DNA of 64,000 nucleotides from Vicinamibacteria bacterium (GTDB taxonomy: Bacteria > Acidobacteriota > Vicinamibacteria > Marinacidobacterales > Marinacidobacteraceae): assembly GCA_963668695.2 (NCBI GenBank), contig CAXXLQ010000004.1, forward strand, positions 3,849,788 through 3,913,787, read 5' to 3'. Numbering within the stretch: the stretch's first letter is position 1; every line of letters starts with the position of its first letter. The translations under genes were made by a program, and so were the position numbers. Of the stretch, positions 41,746 to 50,944 are shown piece after piece. Under the pieces are notes generated by a model, which saw only the letters and a program-made list of their open reading frames with translations, ran no database searches and was not told the origin of the DNA.

Positions 41746-42617
41746 ACGGCTTCCGGCGGCGCTTCGCGCCAGATGTCGCGGCGCGGAATCCGGCGCCGCT
41801 CGGGGTCGCGCTCGACAAGCTGGTGAAGCTCGACCCAGGCGAGATGCGGCCTCAGGTGGTGTTCTCGGTGCATGGACAGTCCGGAGGAAAACCAGTACGC
41901 CAATCGGCCGAAGTAGTTGTGGGAGCGCGCCGCGGGATCACCGGTGGAATAGCCCTCATGGGTGAGATGGGCGAAAGGAATCCAGAGCACGAGCGACACG
42001 AGTACGCAGACCGGCAGGGTCCCCGACACCACCCGCCAAGGACCCACCAGCATGGCCACCAGAAGATAACAGGCCGCGATGGCCAGATAGTTCACCGCCA
42101 GATCGCGTCCATGGCCCGGAGGCAGTCCGCCGCGGCGGCGAATCCAGAAGAACCATTGGTGCGGCATCGCCACCGCCCGGAAGGGAAGCTGCCACTTATG
42201 GGGAGTGTCCAGGAACAGGTCCGGATCCTTCCCCGGCTCGTTGGTGTGGCGGTGGTGCTGGAGATGGGTGCCCCGGAAATTCGTGAACGGAACGAGACAG
42301 GGCAAAAGAGCCAGCCGGCCCCAGAAGGCATTGGTTTTCCGCGACCGGCCGAGGAGGCCGTGGACGCCTTCGTGGGCCATTACGGTGCCGATGAAGGCCA
42401 GCCAGCTCCGGAACAGGATGTCCGCCGTCCAACCCCACCAGGTGGTGGGAACCACCAGCAACCCGGCGAAGCTCAACGCCAGGAGCGACACGATCACCGT
42501 GCGGCTGAGCAGGTGGACCCGGCGGACCGGCCAGCGACGAAGTCCGGCCGGAACGGAGGGAGAATGGACACCGGAAACCTCTTCGGACCGGTTTCGATTC
42601 ATGGCCACCTGGTACAC
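41742..42617 (-). CDS. Membrane fatty acid desaturase family protein
   Basis: Three His boxes (HEGVH, HLQHH, HREHH) and TM segments. Confidence 0.9.
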   Translation of the reverse strand: MYQVAMNRNRSEEVSGVHSPSVPAGLRRWPVRRVHLLSRTVIVSLLALSFAGLLVVPTTWWGWTADILFRSWLAFIGTVMAHEGVHGLLGRSRKTNAFWGRLALLPCLVPFTNFRGTHLQHHRHTNEPGKDPDLFLDTPHKWQLPFRAVAMPHQWFFWIRRRGGLPPGHGRDLAVNYLAIAACYLLVAMLVGPWRVVSGTLPVCVLVSLVLWIPFAHLTHEGYSTGDPAARSHNYFGRLAYWFSSGLSMHREHHLRPHLAWVELHQLVERDPERRRIPRRDIWREAPPEAV

Positions 42618-42634
42618 CCCTTCCGATCTTGACT

Positions 42635-42840
42635 CTAGCAGCCTGTGGACAAGGTCACGCGGCGTTCGGCTGGCGATGCATCCCGGCTGAACCGCGCCTC
42701 TGTGAGGCGCTCATCGTTGCGCTTCGGTCGAAATACACCAGGTATTCCTCCCGCGCGCGCCTTGTCAGCCGGGCGCCTCGCCCCCACTGGGAGAACTGGC
42801 CAGCCTCGGCGCTCACGCCACTTTGTCCACAGGCTACTAG
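42635..42840. mobile_element. MITE copy with CTAG target duplication and one 19-nt insert
   Basis: ctagcagcctgtggacaa ... ttgtccacaggctactag. Confidence 0.88.
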
Positions 42841-42920
42841 CATTCGCCATACCTCGAGACGGACGGCCGGCAGCCTGCGCGCCAGCGGCCGAATTCCTGG
42901 AAGAAGGAGGGAAGCGCTCC

Positions 42921-45900
42921 ATGCCCCCAGCACACTTTGACATCGGCTCCGCACCCGTGACCGGCGGGCGCCGGAAACGCGCGGCGTTGCTCGCCGCCGC
43001 CCTCCTGCTGGCCGCCGGTTTCGCCGCCGGCCAAACCGCGGATCCGGATACCGGGCCGGTTGCCACCGCGATCGAGGGACTGAAGCTCCGCGGGATCGGC
43101 CCCGCCCTGATGGGAGGCCGCATCGCCGACATCGCCGTGCACCCGCAGCGGCGCTCCACCTGGTACGTGGTGGTGGGTTCCGGCGGGCTCTGGAAGACCG
43201 AAAACAGCGGCACCACCTGGAAGCCGGTCTTCGACGAATACCCCTCCTACTCCATCGGCACCGTAGCCCTCGATCCTTCGAACCCGGAAGTCGTGTGGAT
43301 CGGCACCGGAGAGAACGTGAGCGGACGCCACGTCGGCTGGGGCGACGGGGTGTATCGCAGCCGTAACGGCGGCGCCTCCTGGGAACAGGTGGGCCTCGCC
43401 GGCTCGCAGCACATCGGCAAGATCCTGGTGGATCCGCGGGATGGGGACACCGTCCTGGTGGCCGCCGAGGGGCCGCTGTGGAACGGAGGGGGCGAACGCG
43501 GCGTGTACCGGACCGAGGACGGCGGCGCCACCTGGACCCGCACGCTCGATCTCGGCCCCGACACCGGCGCGACCGATCTGGAGTTCGCTCCGGGCGACCC
43601 GGACACCGTCTATGCCGCGGCCTACCAGCGCCGGCGCCACGTGTGGTCGTTCCTGGCCGGAGGACCCGGCTCCGGGATCCACAAGTCCGACGACGGCGGC
43701 CGGACGTTCCGAAAGATCACGAAGGGCCTGCCGAAGGGGGACGTCGGGAAGATCGGCCTCGCGGTGACCCCGGCGGATCCCGGGCTCGTCTACGCGACCA
43801 TCGAGGCCGACGAGGAGGAACGCGGCTTCTACCGCTCCGGGGACCGGGGCGAGAGCTGGGAGCGGCGCAGTCCCTACGTGTCGGGAGGCACCGGGCCGCA
43901 CTACTACCAGGAGATCGAAGCGTCTCCGGCCGACCCGGACCTCGTGTACCAGATGGACGTCTTCTTCCACGTGACCCGGGACGGCGGCAAGACCTTCGAC
44001 TACCTCGGCACCGGACGCGAAAAGCACAGCGACAACCACGCGATCTGGATCGATCCCGACGACCCCGGCCACCTGCTCGGCGGCACCGACTCGGGGCTTT
44101 ACGAAACGTTCGACGAGGGAGTGACCTGGCGGCACTTCCCGAACATGCCCGTCTCCCAGTTCTACAAGGTGGCGCTCAGTAACGCCGAACCCTTCTACGA
44201 CCTCCTCGGGGGGGCGCAGGACCTCGGGTCGGTGCACGGTCCTTCGCGCACCCAGAACAGGGAAGGGGTCCGGAACCGCGACTGGTACGTGCCGCTCGGG
44301 GCGGACGGCTACGGCGTGCAGATCGATCCGCGCGACCCGAACATCCTCTATCTGATGACCCAGCAGGGGAATCTCTATCGCGCCGACCGGCGGAGCGAGG
44401 AGACGCTGCACATCCAGCCGCTGGCCGCCCCCGGCGAACCACCGGAACGCTGGAACTGGGACTCCCCCATCCTGATCAGCCCGCACGACGCGGACCGGCT
44501 GTACTTCGGGTCGCAGCGAGTGTGGCGGAGTGAGAACCGGGGCCAGTCGTGGACCGCGGTCAGCGGGGACCTGACCACCGGCCGGAACCGCTACGAGCTC
44601 CCCTTCTACGACCGGATCTGGAGCGTGGACGCCCTGCACGACACGGCGGCCATGTCCCGCTACGCGACGCTGACCGCGATCTCCGAGTCGCCGGTGGCGG
44701 AGGGCGTGCTCTTTACCGGAAGCGACGACGGACTGGTCCACGTCAGCACCGACGGCGGGGCGAACTGGAGCCGGGCGGCGGCGCTTCCGGAACTCCCGGC
44801 CCTCGCCTTCGTCAACGACGTCGAGGCGTCCCAGCACGACCCGGACACCGTGTTCGTGGTGGCCGACAACCACAAGATGGGCGACTTCCGGACGTATCTG
44901 TTCCGCAGCCGGGACCGCGGGGCGTCTTGGGAGTCCATCGCCGGGGACCTGCCCGACGGGACCATCGTCTGGGCCATCCAGCAGGATCACCGGGACCCGG
45001 ACCTGCTGTTCCTGGCAGCCGAGTACGGGCTCCACGTCTCGTGGAACGGCGGGACGAACTGGGTGAAGCTGAAGGGCGCCCCGACGATTTCGTTCCGCGA
45101 CGTGAAGGTGCAGCGGCGGGATGACGACCTGGTCGGCGCCACCTTCGGTCGGGGGTTTTACGTCCTGGACGACTACGCGCCGCTCCGGGCAATGGCCGCC
45201 GCGGTCCGCGCCGGCGAATCCACGCTCTTCCCGCTGCGCGACGCCTGGTGGTACGTGCCGTCGGTTCCGGCCCAGGCCCCGGGCCGTCCCACCCAGGGAA
45301 GCACCGCCTTCGTGGCGGACAACCCGCCGTTCGGCGCGGTGCTGACCTACTACCTCGCCGAGGACCTGAAGACGGCGAAGGAGGAGCGGCAGGCCGGCGA
45401 GAAGGAAGCGCGGGAGAGCGGCGCCGACATCCCCTTCCCCGGATTCGACACGCTCCGGATCGAGGAACTGGAAGAGGATCCCGCGGTGTTCGTGGTGATC
45501 CGGGACGCGAACGGAGCGCCGGTCCGGCGGGTCGCCGGATCCCCGAAGAAGGGCGTCCACCGGGTGGCCTGGGACCTCCGGGGCCCGGCGCCCAACCCGA
45601 TCACCTTCCAGGAGCCGGGGTTCACCCCTCCCTGGGTGCGCCCGCCCCAGGGACCGCTCACGGCGCCGGGCGAGTACTCCGCGCAGCTCGTCGCGGTGAC
45701 CCGTGACGGCGCCCGCAACCTCGGGGAACCGCAGCGCTTCCGGGTCAAGCCCGTGCCGAACCTCCCCGAGGGCACCGATCCGGCGGCGGTGGCCGCCTTC
45801 CAGCAGGAGACGGCCAGCCTGCTCCGAGCGATCCACGGGGCCGCGGCCGAGGCCGGCCGGGTCCGGGAGCGGATCCGCCACCTGCGGGCGGCCCTCAAGG

Positions 45901-46244
45901 AAACCCCCCAGGCGGACGAAGCGCTCTTCGGGCGGATGGACGCCGTCCTCAGGACGCTCTCGGACCTGGAAGTCCGGCTGAACGGCGACCCCGCCCGCGG
46001 TTCGCGGAACCACCCGGCGGCGCCCTCCATCCGGGAGCGGGCCGGGGGCATCGCGGGCGGCCACTGGGACACCCGCCAGACGCCCACCGAGACCCAGCGC
46101 GAAAGCCTCCGCATCGCGGCCGGGGAGTTCGAAGGACTGCGGGGTGAGTTGCGGTCGCTGGTCGACGAGGACCTGGCCGGGCTCGAAGCGGACCTCGAAG
46201 CCGCCGGGGCCCCCTGGACCCCGGGGAGGAAGATCCCGGGATAG
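42921..46244 (+). CDS. Secreted VPS10/BNR-repeat (sortilin-like) protein
   Basis: GGAGG RBS; many S/T-x-D-G-G-x-T/S-W Asp-box repeats; GPALMGGRI N-terminal motif. Confidence 0.9.
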   Translation: MPPAHFDIGSAPVTGGRRKRAALLAAALLLAAGFAAGQTADPDTGPVATAIEGLKLRGIGPALMGGRIADIAVHPQRRSTWYVVVGSGGLWKTENSGTTWKPVFDEYPSYSIGTVALDPSNPEVVWIGTGENVSGRHVGWGDGVYRSRNGGASWEQVGLAGSQHIGKILVDPRDGDTVLVAAEGPLWNGGGERGVYRTEDGGATWTRTLDLGPDTGATDLEFAPGDPDTVYAAAYQRRRHVWSFLAGGPGSGIHKSDDGGRTFRKITKGLPKGDVGKIGLAVTPADPGLVYATIEADEEERGFYRSGDRGESWERRSPYVSGGTGPHYYQEIEASPADPDLVYQMDVFFHVTRDGGKTFDYLGTGREKHSDNHAIWIDPDDPGHLLGGTDSGLYETFDEGVTWRHFPNMPVSQFYKVALSNAEPFYDLLGGAQDLGSVHGPSRTQNREGVRNRDWYVPLGADGYGVQIDPRDPNILYLMTQQGNLYRADRRSEETLHIQPLAAPGEPPERWNWDSPILISPHDADRLYFGSQRVWRSENRGQSWTAVSGDLTTGRNRYELPFYDRIWSVDALHDTAAMSRYATLTAISESPVAEGVLFTGSDDGLVHVSTDGGANWSRAAALPELPALAFVNDVEASQHDPDTVFVVADNHKMGDFRTYLFRSRDRGASWESIAGDLPDGTIVWAIQQDHRDPDLLFLAAEYGLHVSWNGGTNWVKLKGAPTISFRDVKVQRRDDDLVGATFGRGFYVLDDYAPLRAMAAAVRAGESTLFPLRDAWWYVPSVPAQAPGRPTQGSTAFVADNPPFGAVLTYYLAEDLKTAKEERQAGEKEARESGADIPFPGFDTLRIEELEEDPAVFVVIRDANGAPVRRVAGSPKKGVHRVAWDLRGPAPNPITFQEPGFTPPWVRPPQGPLTAPGEYSAQLVAVTRDGARNLGEPQRFRVKPVPNLPEGTDPAAVAAFQQETASLLRAIHGAAAEAGRVRERIRHLRAALKETPQADEALFGRMDAVLRTLSDLEVRLNGDPARGSRNHPAAPSIRERAGGIAGGHWDTRQTPTETQRESLRIAAGEFEGLRGELRSLVDEDLAGLEADLEAAGAPWTPGRKIPG

Positions 46245-47436
46245 GAACTCCACGCTCTGGCGGGGTCTGTTGCGGGGACTCCACGCTGGAGCGGTGGAAC
46301 TCCACGCGGCACGCTACTCCACGCTGGAGCGGGGTCTGCGGGCGCGCTACTCCACGCTGGAGCGGGAACTCCACGCTGGAGCGGGATCTGTTGGCGGGAA
46401 CTCCACGCTGGAGCCGCCGAACTCCACGCTGTAGCGGGATCTGTCGGCGGGAACTCCACGCTGGAGCCGCCGAACTCCACGCTGTAGCGGGATCTGTTGG
46501 CGGGAACTCCACGCTGGAGCCGCCGAACTCCACGCTGTGGCGGGGTCTGCTGGTGGGAACTCCACGCTGGAGCCGCCGAACTCCACGCAGCGGGATCTGC
46601 CGGCGGGAACTCCACGCTGGAGCCGCCGAACTCCACGCTGGAGCGGGTCTGTTGGCGGGAACTCCACGCTGGAGCCGCCGAACTCCACGCTGGAGCGGGA
46701 TCTGTTGGCGGGAACTCCACGCTGGAGCCGCCGAACTCCACGCTGGAGCGGGTCTGTTGGCGGGAACTCCACGCTGGAGCCGCCGAACTCCACGCTGGAG
46801 CGGGATCTGTTGGCGGGAACTCCACGCTGGAGCCGCCGAACTCCACGCTGGAGCGGGATCTGTTGGCGGGAACTCCACGCTGGAGCCGCCGAACTCCACG
46901 CTGGAGCGGGATCTGTTGGCGGGAACTCCACGCTGGAGCCGCCGAACTCCACGCTGGAGCAGGATCTGTTGGCGGGAACTCCACGCTGGAGCCGCCGAAC
47001 TCCACGCTGGAGCGGGGTCTGTTGGCGGGAACTCCACGCTGGAGCCGCCGAACTCCACGCTGGAGCGGGATCTGTTGGCGGGAACTCCACGCTGGAGCCG
47101 CCGAACTCCACGCTGGAGCGGGGTCTGCTGGCGGGAACTCCACGCTGGAGCCGCCGAACTCCACGCTGGAGCGGGGTCTGTTGGCGGGAACTCCACGCTG
47201 GAGCCGCCGAACTCCACGCTGGAGCAGGATCTGTTGGCGGGAACTCCACGCTGGAGCCGCCGAACTCCACGCTGGAGCGGGGCCGGCGGACGGAACTCCA
47301 CGCTGGAGGGGGTTCGGCGGATGGGGACTCCACGCTGGAGGAGGTGGAACTCCACGCTGGAGCCGCGAAGCTCCACGCTGAAGCGGGTTCGGCGGGCGGG
47401 AACTCCACGCTGGAGCCGCGAAGCTCCACGCTGGAG
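46245..47436. repeat. 1.2-kb tandem array with a 53-bp unit holding two CTCCACGCTGGAG dyads (~45 cores)
   Basis: Unit gggaactccacgctggagccgccgaactccacgctggagcgggatctgttggc; ~17 regular units plus degenerate flanks; begins at the upstream gene's stop codon. Confidence 0.95.
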
Positions 47437-47621
47437 GAGGTTCCGCGGGCGGCGACAGGACTGTCAGAAATTCCGTGTGTAGGCCGGTGACTCTGGAAAC
47501 TGCGTTCGGTTTGCTTCCCGGAATTGTATGACCGGGCCGATGGGGATTTGGCCGGCGCGCCCGAGGGGGCCGGCGCGGAGCGGGTAGGGACGCCCGATGC
47601 GCGTGAAGCGCGTGGTTGCGC

Positions 47622-48347
47622 CTAACGGACCGCCCGCGAGTACCACCCGCCCCACGCCGCCTTCCACCGCCGGAATACCGCGATGAAGAGCGGGTTGGTC
47701 CAGATCAGGATCTTCCACAGCGGCCACTGGTCGAAGCGGCGGCACGAGGGCCGGACGGGCGGTTCTCGGATCCGCCGGATTCGCCGGCCGGTCTTCCGCC
47801 CGAGCCGCCCGAGACGCCAGACGAAGTCCACGTCTTCGCCGATCCACGTCCGCTCGTCGTATCCACCCACCTGTTCGAAGGCGTCCCGGCGAGCGAACTG
47901 CGCGGCCCCCAGCACCATCCCCGTGAGCCGGACGAGAAGCCACCAGGCGCCCAGGTAGAGCCTCACCGAGAGGCGCCGCGCCCGCCAGGTTGTCTCCACG
48001 CCTCCCCCGATGCACGCCGGATCGCTCATCGCCTCGTGGATCCGGATCAGGAACTCCGGCGGGACGATCACGTCCGCATCCACAAAGACCAGCACGTCCC
48101 CGCTCGCCCGGCGCGCCCCGGCGTTCCGGGCCCGGGCGATGACCTGCACCGGCTCGTGGACCACCGTGGCGCCCCGCTCGCGGGCAATCGACGCGGTCCG
48201 GTCGCGGCTGTTGTTGTCCACGACAATCGTTTCGACTTCCGCGCCGGTCCGGGAACCGAGCGCCTCCGCGGCAATCCGGAGCGAGTCGAGCGTCGGCCCC
48301 AGGTACGCCTCCTCGTTGAAGGCGGGGACGACAACGGAGAACTTCAC
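47622..48347 (-). CDS. Glycosyltransferase family 2
   Basis: SVVVPAFNEE, VDNNSRD, ARNAG, FVDAD, GGYDE and ED motifs. Confidence 0.92.
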   Translation of the reverse strand: MKFSVVVPAFNEEAYLGPTLDSLRIAAEALGSRTGAEVETIVVDNNSRDRTASIARERGATVVHEPVQVIARARNAGARRASGDVLVFVDADVIVPPEFLIRIHEAMSDPACIGGGVETTWRARRLSVRLYLGAWWLLVRLTGMVLGAAQFARRDAFEQVGGYDERTWIGEDVDFVWRLGRLGRKTGRRIRRIREPPVRPSCRRFDQWPLWKILIWTNPLFIAVFRRWKAAWGGWYSRAVR

Positions 48348-48447
48348 TAAGCTCGGATCAGCGCCCTCCGGTGTACGAATCAATCACCACGTCAGCGATT
48401 TCATTCACGTGGTGAATAGCTGGGAACTCCAGGTCGCACCGGGCAAT

Positions 48448-48507
48448 CCTGCTCCACCCTGGCCTGCTCCACCCTGGCGTGCTCCACCCTGGCCTGCTCC
48501 ACCCTGG
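48448..48507. repeat. 15-bp tandem repeat (CCTGCTCCACCCTGG) x4
   Basis: Read directly; core resembles the core of the large array. Confidence 0.85.
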
Positions 48508-48518
48508 AATCGGTCCCG

Positions 48519-48812
48519 TCAGACATGGCGCTGGGCATCCATTTTGGCGTGCAGAACCCGAACGATGACCAGACCCTCGGACCCCGGCAGATAGAACACG
48601 ACATGCGAACGAAACTCGTACCGCCGCAACCCCGGTGCAAGGGATTCGGCACTTCGGCCTAGTCCGAGGTTGCCGACCAAACGCTCACAGCACGCATGGA
48701 GCCCGTCGAAGTAGCTGCGCGCCTGTTCGAGTCCGAAGCGTCCCGCGGTGTATTCGAAAATCCCATCCAGGTCTGCCGCCGCGCGACGCGTCAGCCTATA
48801 GGCCGCCGTCAC
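48519..48812 (-). CDS. parE: ParE/RelE toxin
   Basis: YRLT..AAADL..IFEY...FG..QA..Y and HVVFY..IVRVLH. Confidence 0.9.
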   Translation of the reverse strand: MTAAYRLTRRAAADLDGIFEYTAGRFGLEQARSYFDGLHACCERLVGNLGLGRSAESLAPGLRRYEFRSHVVFYLPGSEGLVIVRVLHAKMDAQRHV

Positions 48813-49053
48813 GCCGAAGCCGTGCTTCGCCTTCCTTCGCGATCTGCAAGATCGTCCGGTCGCTCATCCCGCTTTCCAGCCCTTCCCGGATCGCCGCCTG
48901 GAGGACATGGAATGAGGCATCACTCTCGCGGTCGCGCCGGATCAGGTCGCGGATGTATTCGCTGTCGTTGGTGAAGCGACCAGCCGCGATCTGGGTCTTC
49001 ACCCACTGATCCTGTTGACTGGTCAGTGTGATGGTCTTCCGGACTGTGGGCAT
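48796..49053 (-). CDS. parD: ParD-family RHH antitoxin
   Basis: RKTITLT..GRFTNDSEYIRDLIR..AIREGLESG; overlaps parE. Confidence 0.9.
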   Translation of the reverse strand: MPTVRKTITLTSQQDQWVKTQIAAGRFTNDSEYIRDLIRRDRESDASFHVLQAAIREGLESGMSDRTILQIAKEGEARLRRDGGL

Positions 49054-49486
49054 GTAGGAACTCTCCAGGATTCGCAGTGGCTATTCCGAGAAGCGCATTA
49101 TCGCACCGATAATCATCATTTTCATGTCGAAATCGGATCGGGCCGGGGATGAAGTACGCAACGACACTATAGGCCTCGCCCGCCTCCGGCGGGCGAGGCC
49201 GGCCTCCACCGGGAGAAACGCCCATGATCGGGTCCTCCCGTACACCCCGCCTGGTACGAAAAAGGTGGAGCGGCACTCACATTGGCAGAGCCCGGCATCA
49301 TCGGCGCTGGTTTCGCGCTCCCGCGCGATGCCGGCCCCCACCGGGAGAACTGGCCGGAGGTCGGCGTTCCCGTGCCTGCGCGCCATCCGCTCTTTCGGGG
49401 GCCCGGCGCGACTGGATTTTCACAGCAACTGGCCGGCGGTCCCGTGCCCACGCGCCTCCCCGACAGGCGCCGCGCCCTCCAGGCCG

Positions 49487-50674
49487 TCACCCGAGGTCGA
49501 GCGCTGCCGGCGAACACAGCGTCCAGCGTTCCCGGATGCGAACCGGTTGCTCTGGCGCGGTGAGGGAAACGACCTGTCCGGGCTGCCAGTTCGGGTCGGA
49601 GATCCGGTCGAGCGGGGCCAGGCGGTCGTGGCGGGGCGAGCCCAGCTTGACCTCGACCGGCCAGACTCTGCCGGCGTGCTCGATCAGGAAGTCAATTTCC
49701 TGGCCGTCGCGGGTGCGCCAGAAATAGATGTCCACCTCGTGCGCCCGATGGCGAAACTGCCGGAGGATTTCCGAAAACACCTGGGTCTCGAACAGGGCGC
49801 CGGCCATCGGCCCGAGACGCGCCTGCTCTGTGCTCCTCCAACCGCCGAGCCAGGCGGCGAGACCGGCATCCAGGAAGTAGAGCTTCGGATTCTTGGTCAT
49901 CCGGCGCGTCCGGTTCGTGAAGTACGGAAAGAGCAATCGGATGAGAAAACTGTCTTCCAGCAGGCTGAGCCATTCCCGAACCGTTGTCGGGGACACGCCA
50001 GCGTCCCGCCCCAAATCGTGGTAGTTCACGACCTGGCCGGTGCGGAGCGCGGCGAGCCGCACGAACGTTTCAAACTCCCGGCGTTTGCCGATTCTCAGCA
50101 GTTCGCGAACATCCCGCTCGATATAGGTCTGCACGTAGGAGGCAAGATAGAGATCGCGGGTGGCCCCATCCCCGGTTCCGGACAACCGCGGGAAGCCGGT
50201 CTCGAGCATTCTGCCGAAGTAGTCGCCGGGTGACAGCAGGTGGGGCAACCTCTTTTCCTCATCCGAGAGCCCGAGCAGGTTCAGGATCGCGACCCGGCCG
50301 GCCAGGGTCTCGGTCACGCCTTCCATCACCCGGAAGTTCTGTGAGCCGCTTAACCGGATGGCGCCGGGTTCGAGGCCACCCTCGTCCACCATCCGCTTGA
50401 TGGGGCTGAGCAGCTTCGGCGCATACTGGATTTCATCAATTACGAACGGCGGTCTGAGGTCGCGCATGAACAGAACCGGATCCCGATTGGCGCGCTCGCG
50501 GACGTCAAGGTCGTCCAGGTTGGCATAGGTGTGGCTTCCGGAGCACCGATGGAGCAGCGAACTCTTGCCGACCTGTCGCGGCCCGAGCAGCAACCACACC
50601 GGGAAGAGCCGCAGCTGCTCGGCCGGAGCGTCGAGTACCGGTTGAAGGGTCCGGTGGATCCAGTCGAGCGGCAT
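49487..50674 (-). CDS. AAA_14 + DUF4143 ATP-binding protein
   Basis: GPRQVGKS Walker A, IDEIQ Walker B, ETLAGR, KLYFLDAG and EIDF..VEVK. Confidence 0.92.
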   Translation of the reverse strand: MPLDWIHRTLQPVLDAPAEQLRLFPVWLLLGPRQVGKSSLLHRCSGSHTYANLDDLDVRERANRDPVLFMRDLRPPFVIDEIQYAPKLLSPIKRMVDEGGLEPGAIRLSGSQNFRVMEGVTETLAGRVAILNLLGLSDEEKRLPHLLSPGDYFGRMLETGFPRLSGTGDGATRDLYLASYVQTYIERDVRELLRIGKRREFETFVRLAALRTGQVVNYHDLGRDAGVSPTTVREWLSLLEDSFLIRLLFPYFTNRTRRMTKNPKLYFLDAGLAAWLGGWRSTEQARLGPMAGALFETQVFSEILRQFRHRAHEVDIYFWRTRDGQEIDFLIEHAGRVWPVEVKLGSPRHDRLAPLDRISDPNWQPGQVVSLTAPEQPVRIRERWTLCSPAALDLG

Positions 50675-50801
50675 ATGTGCAGTTTACTTTGGATCTGCCG
50701 CTCACGAGGATCAAGAAGATCTCGCGCTTCCCGCCAGCGGCGAATGGCGGCCTGGAGGCCGGCGGTCCCTTGCCGGCGCGCCGTACCGGGGCCGGCGGTC
50801 C

Positions 50802-50944
50802 CTAGCAGCCGGTGGTGAAACCCAGGCGGCCCAGTTCTCCCGGTGGGGGCTCCTCCCTCACGCGCCTTGTCAGCCGGGCCCCCACCGGGAGAACTGGGCC
50901 TCGCCGCCCTCGGCGCTCACCCGGGTTCCGCCACCGGCTGCTAG
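50802..50944. mobile_element. Internally deleted MITE with CTAG duplication and two 19-nt inserts
   Basis: ctagcagccggtggtgaaaccc ... gggttccgccaccggctgctag; the interior between two insert sites is missing. Confidence 0.82.

Noticed and set aside
46245-47436. CRISPR or TIGR-like guide array
   Set aside because: The linkers are near-identical rather than unique spacers, and no cas or other effector gene is nearby.
45350-47490. Repetitive ORFs open in all six frames across the array
   Set aside because: The GC-rich 53-bp unit simply lacks stop triplets; there is no convincing RBS or start, and the period is not a multiple of 3.
6904-49053. Three TA pairs as one coordinated system
   Set aside because: They are scattered, canonical families (VapBC, MNT-HEPN, ParDE).
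49487-50674. AAA_14/DUF4143 next to parDE as a novel defence system
   Set aside because: This is a very common multi-copy family (a second remnant is at 14501), and there is no operon coupling.
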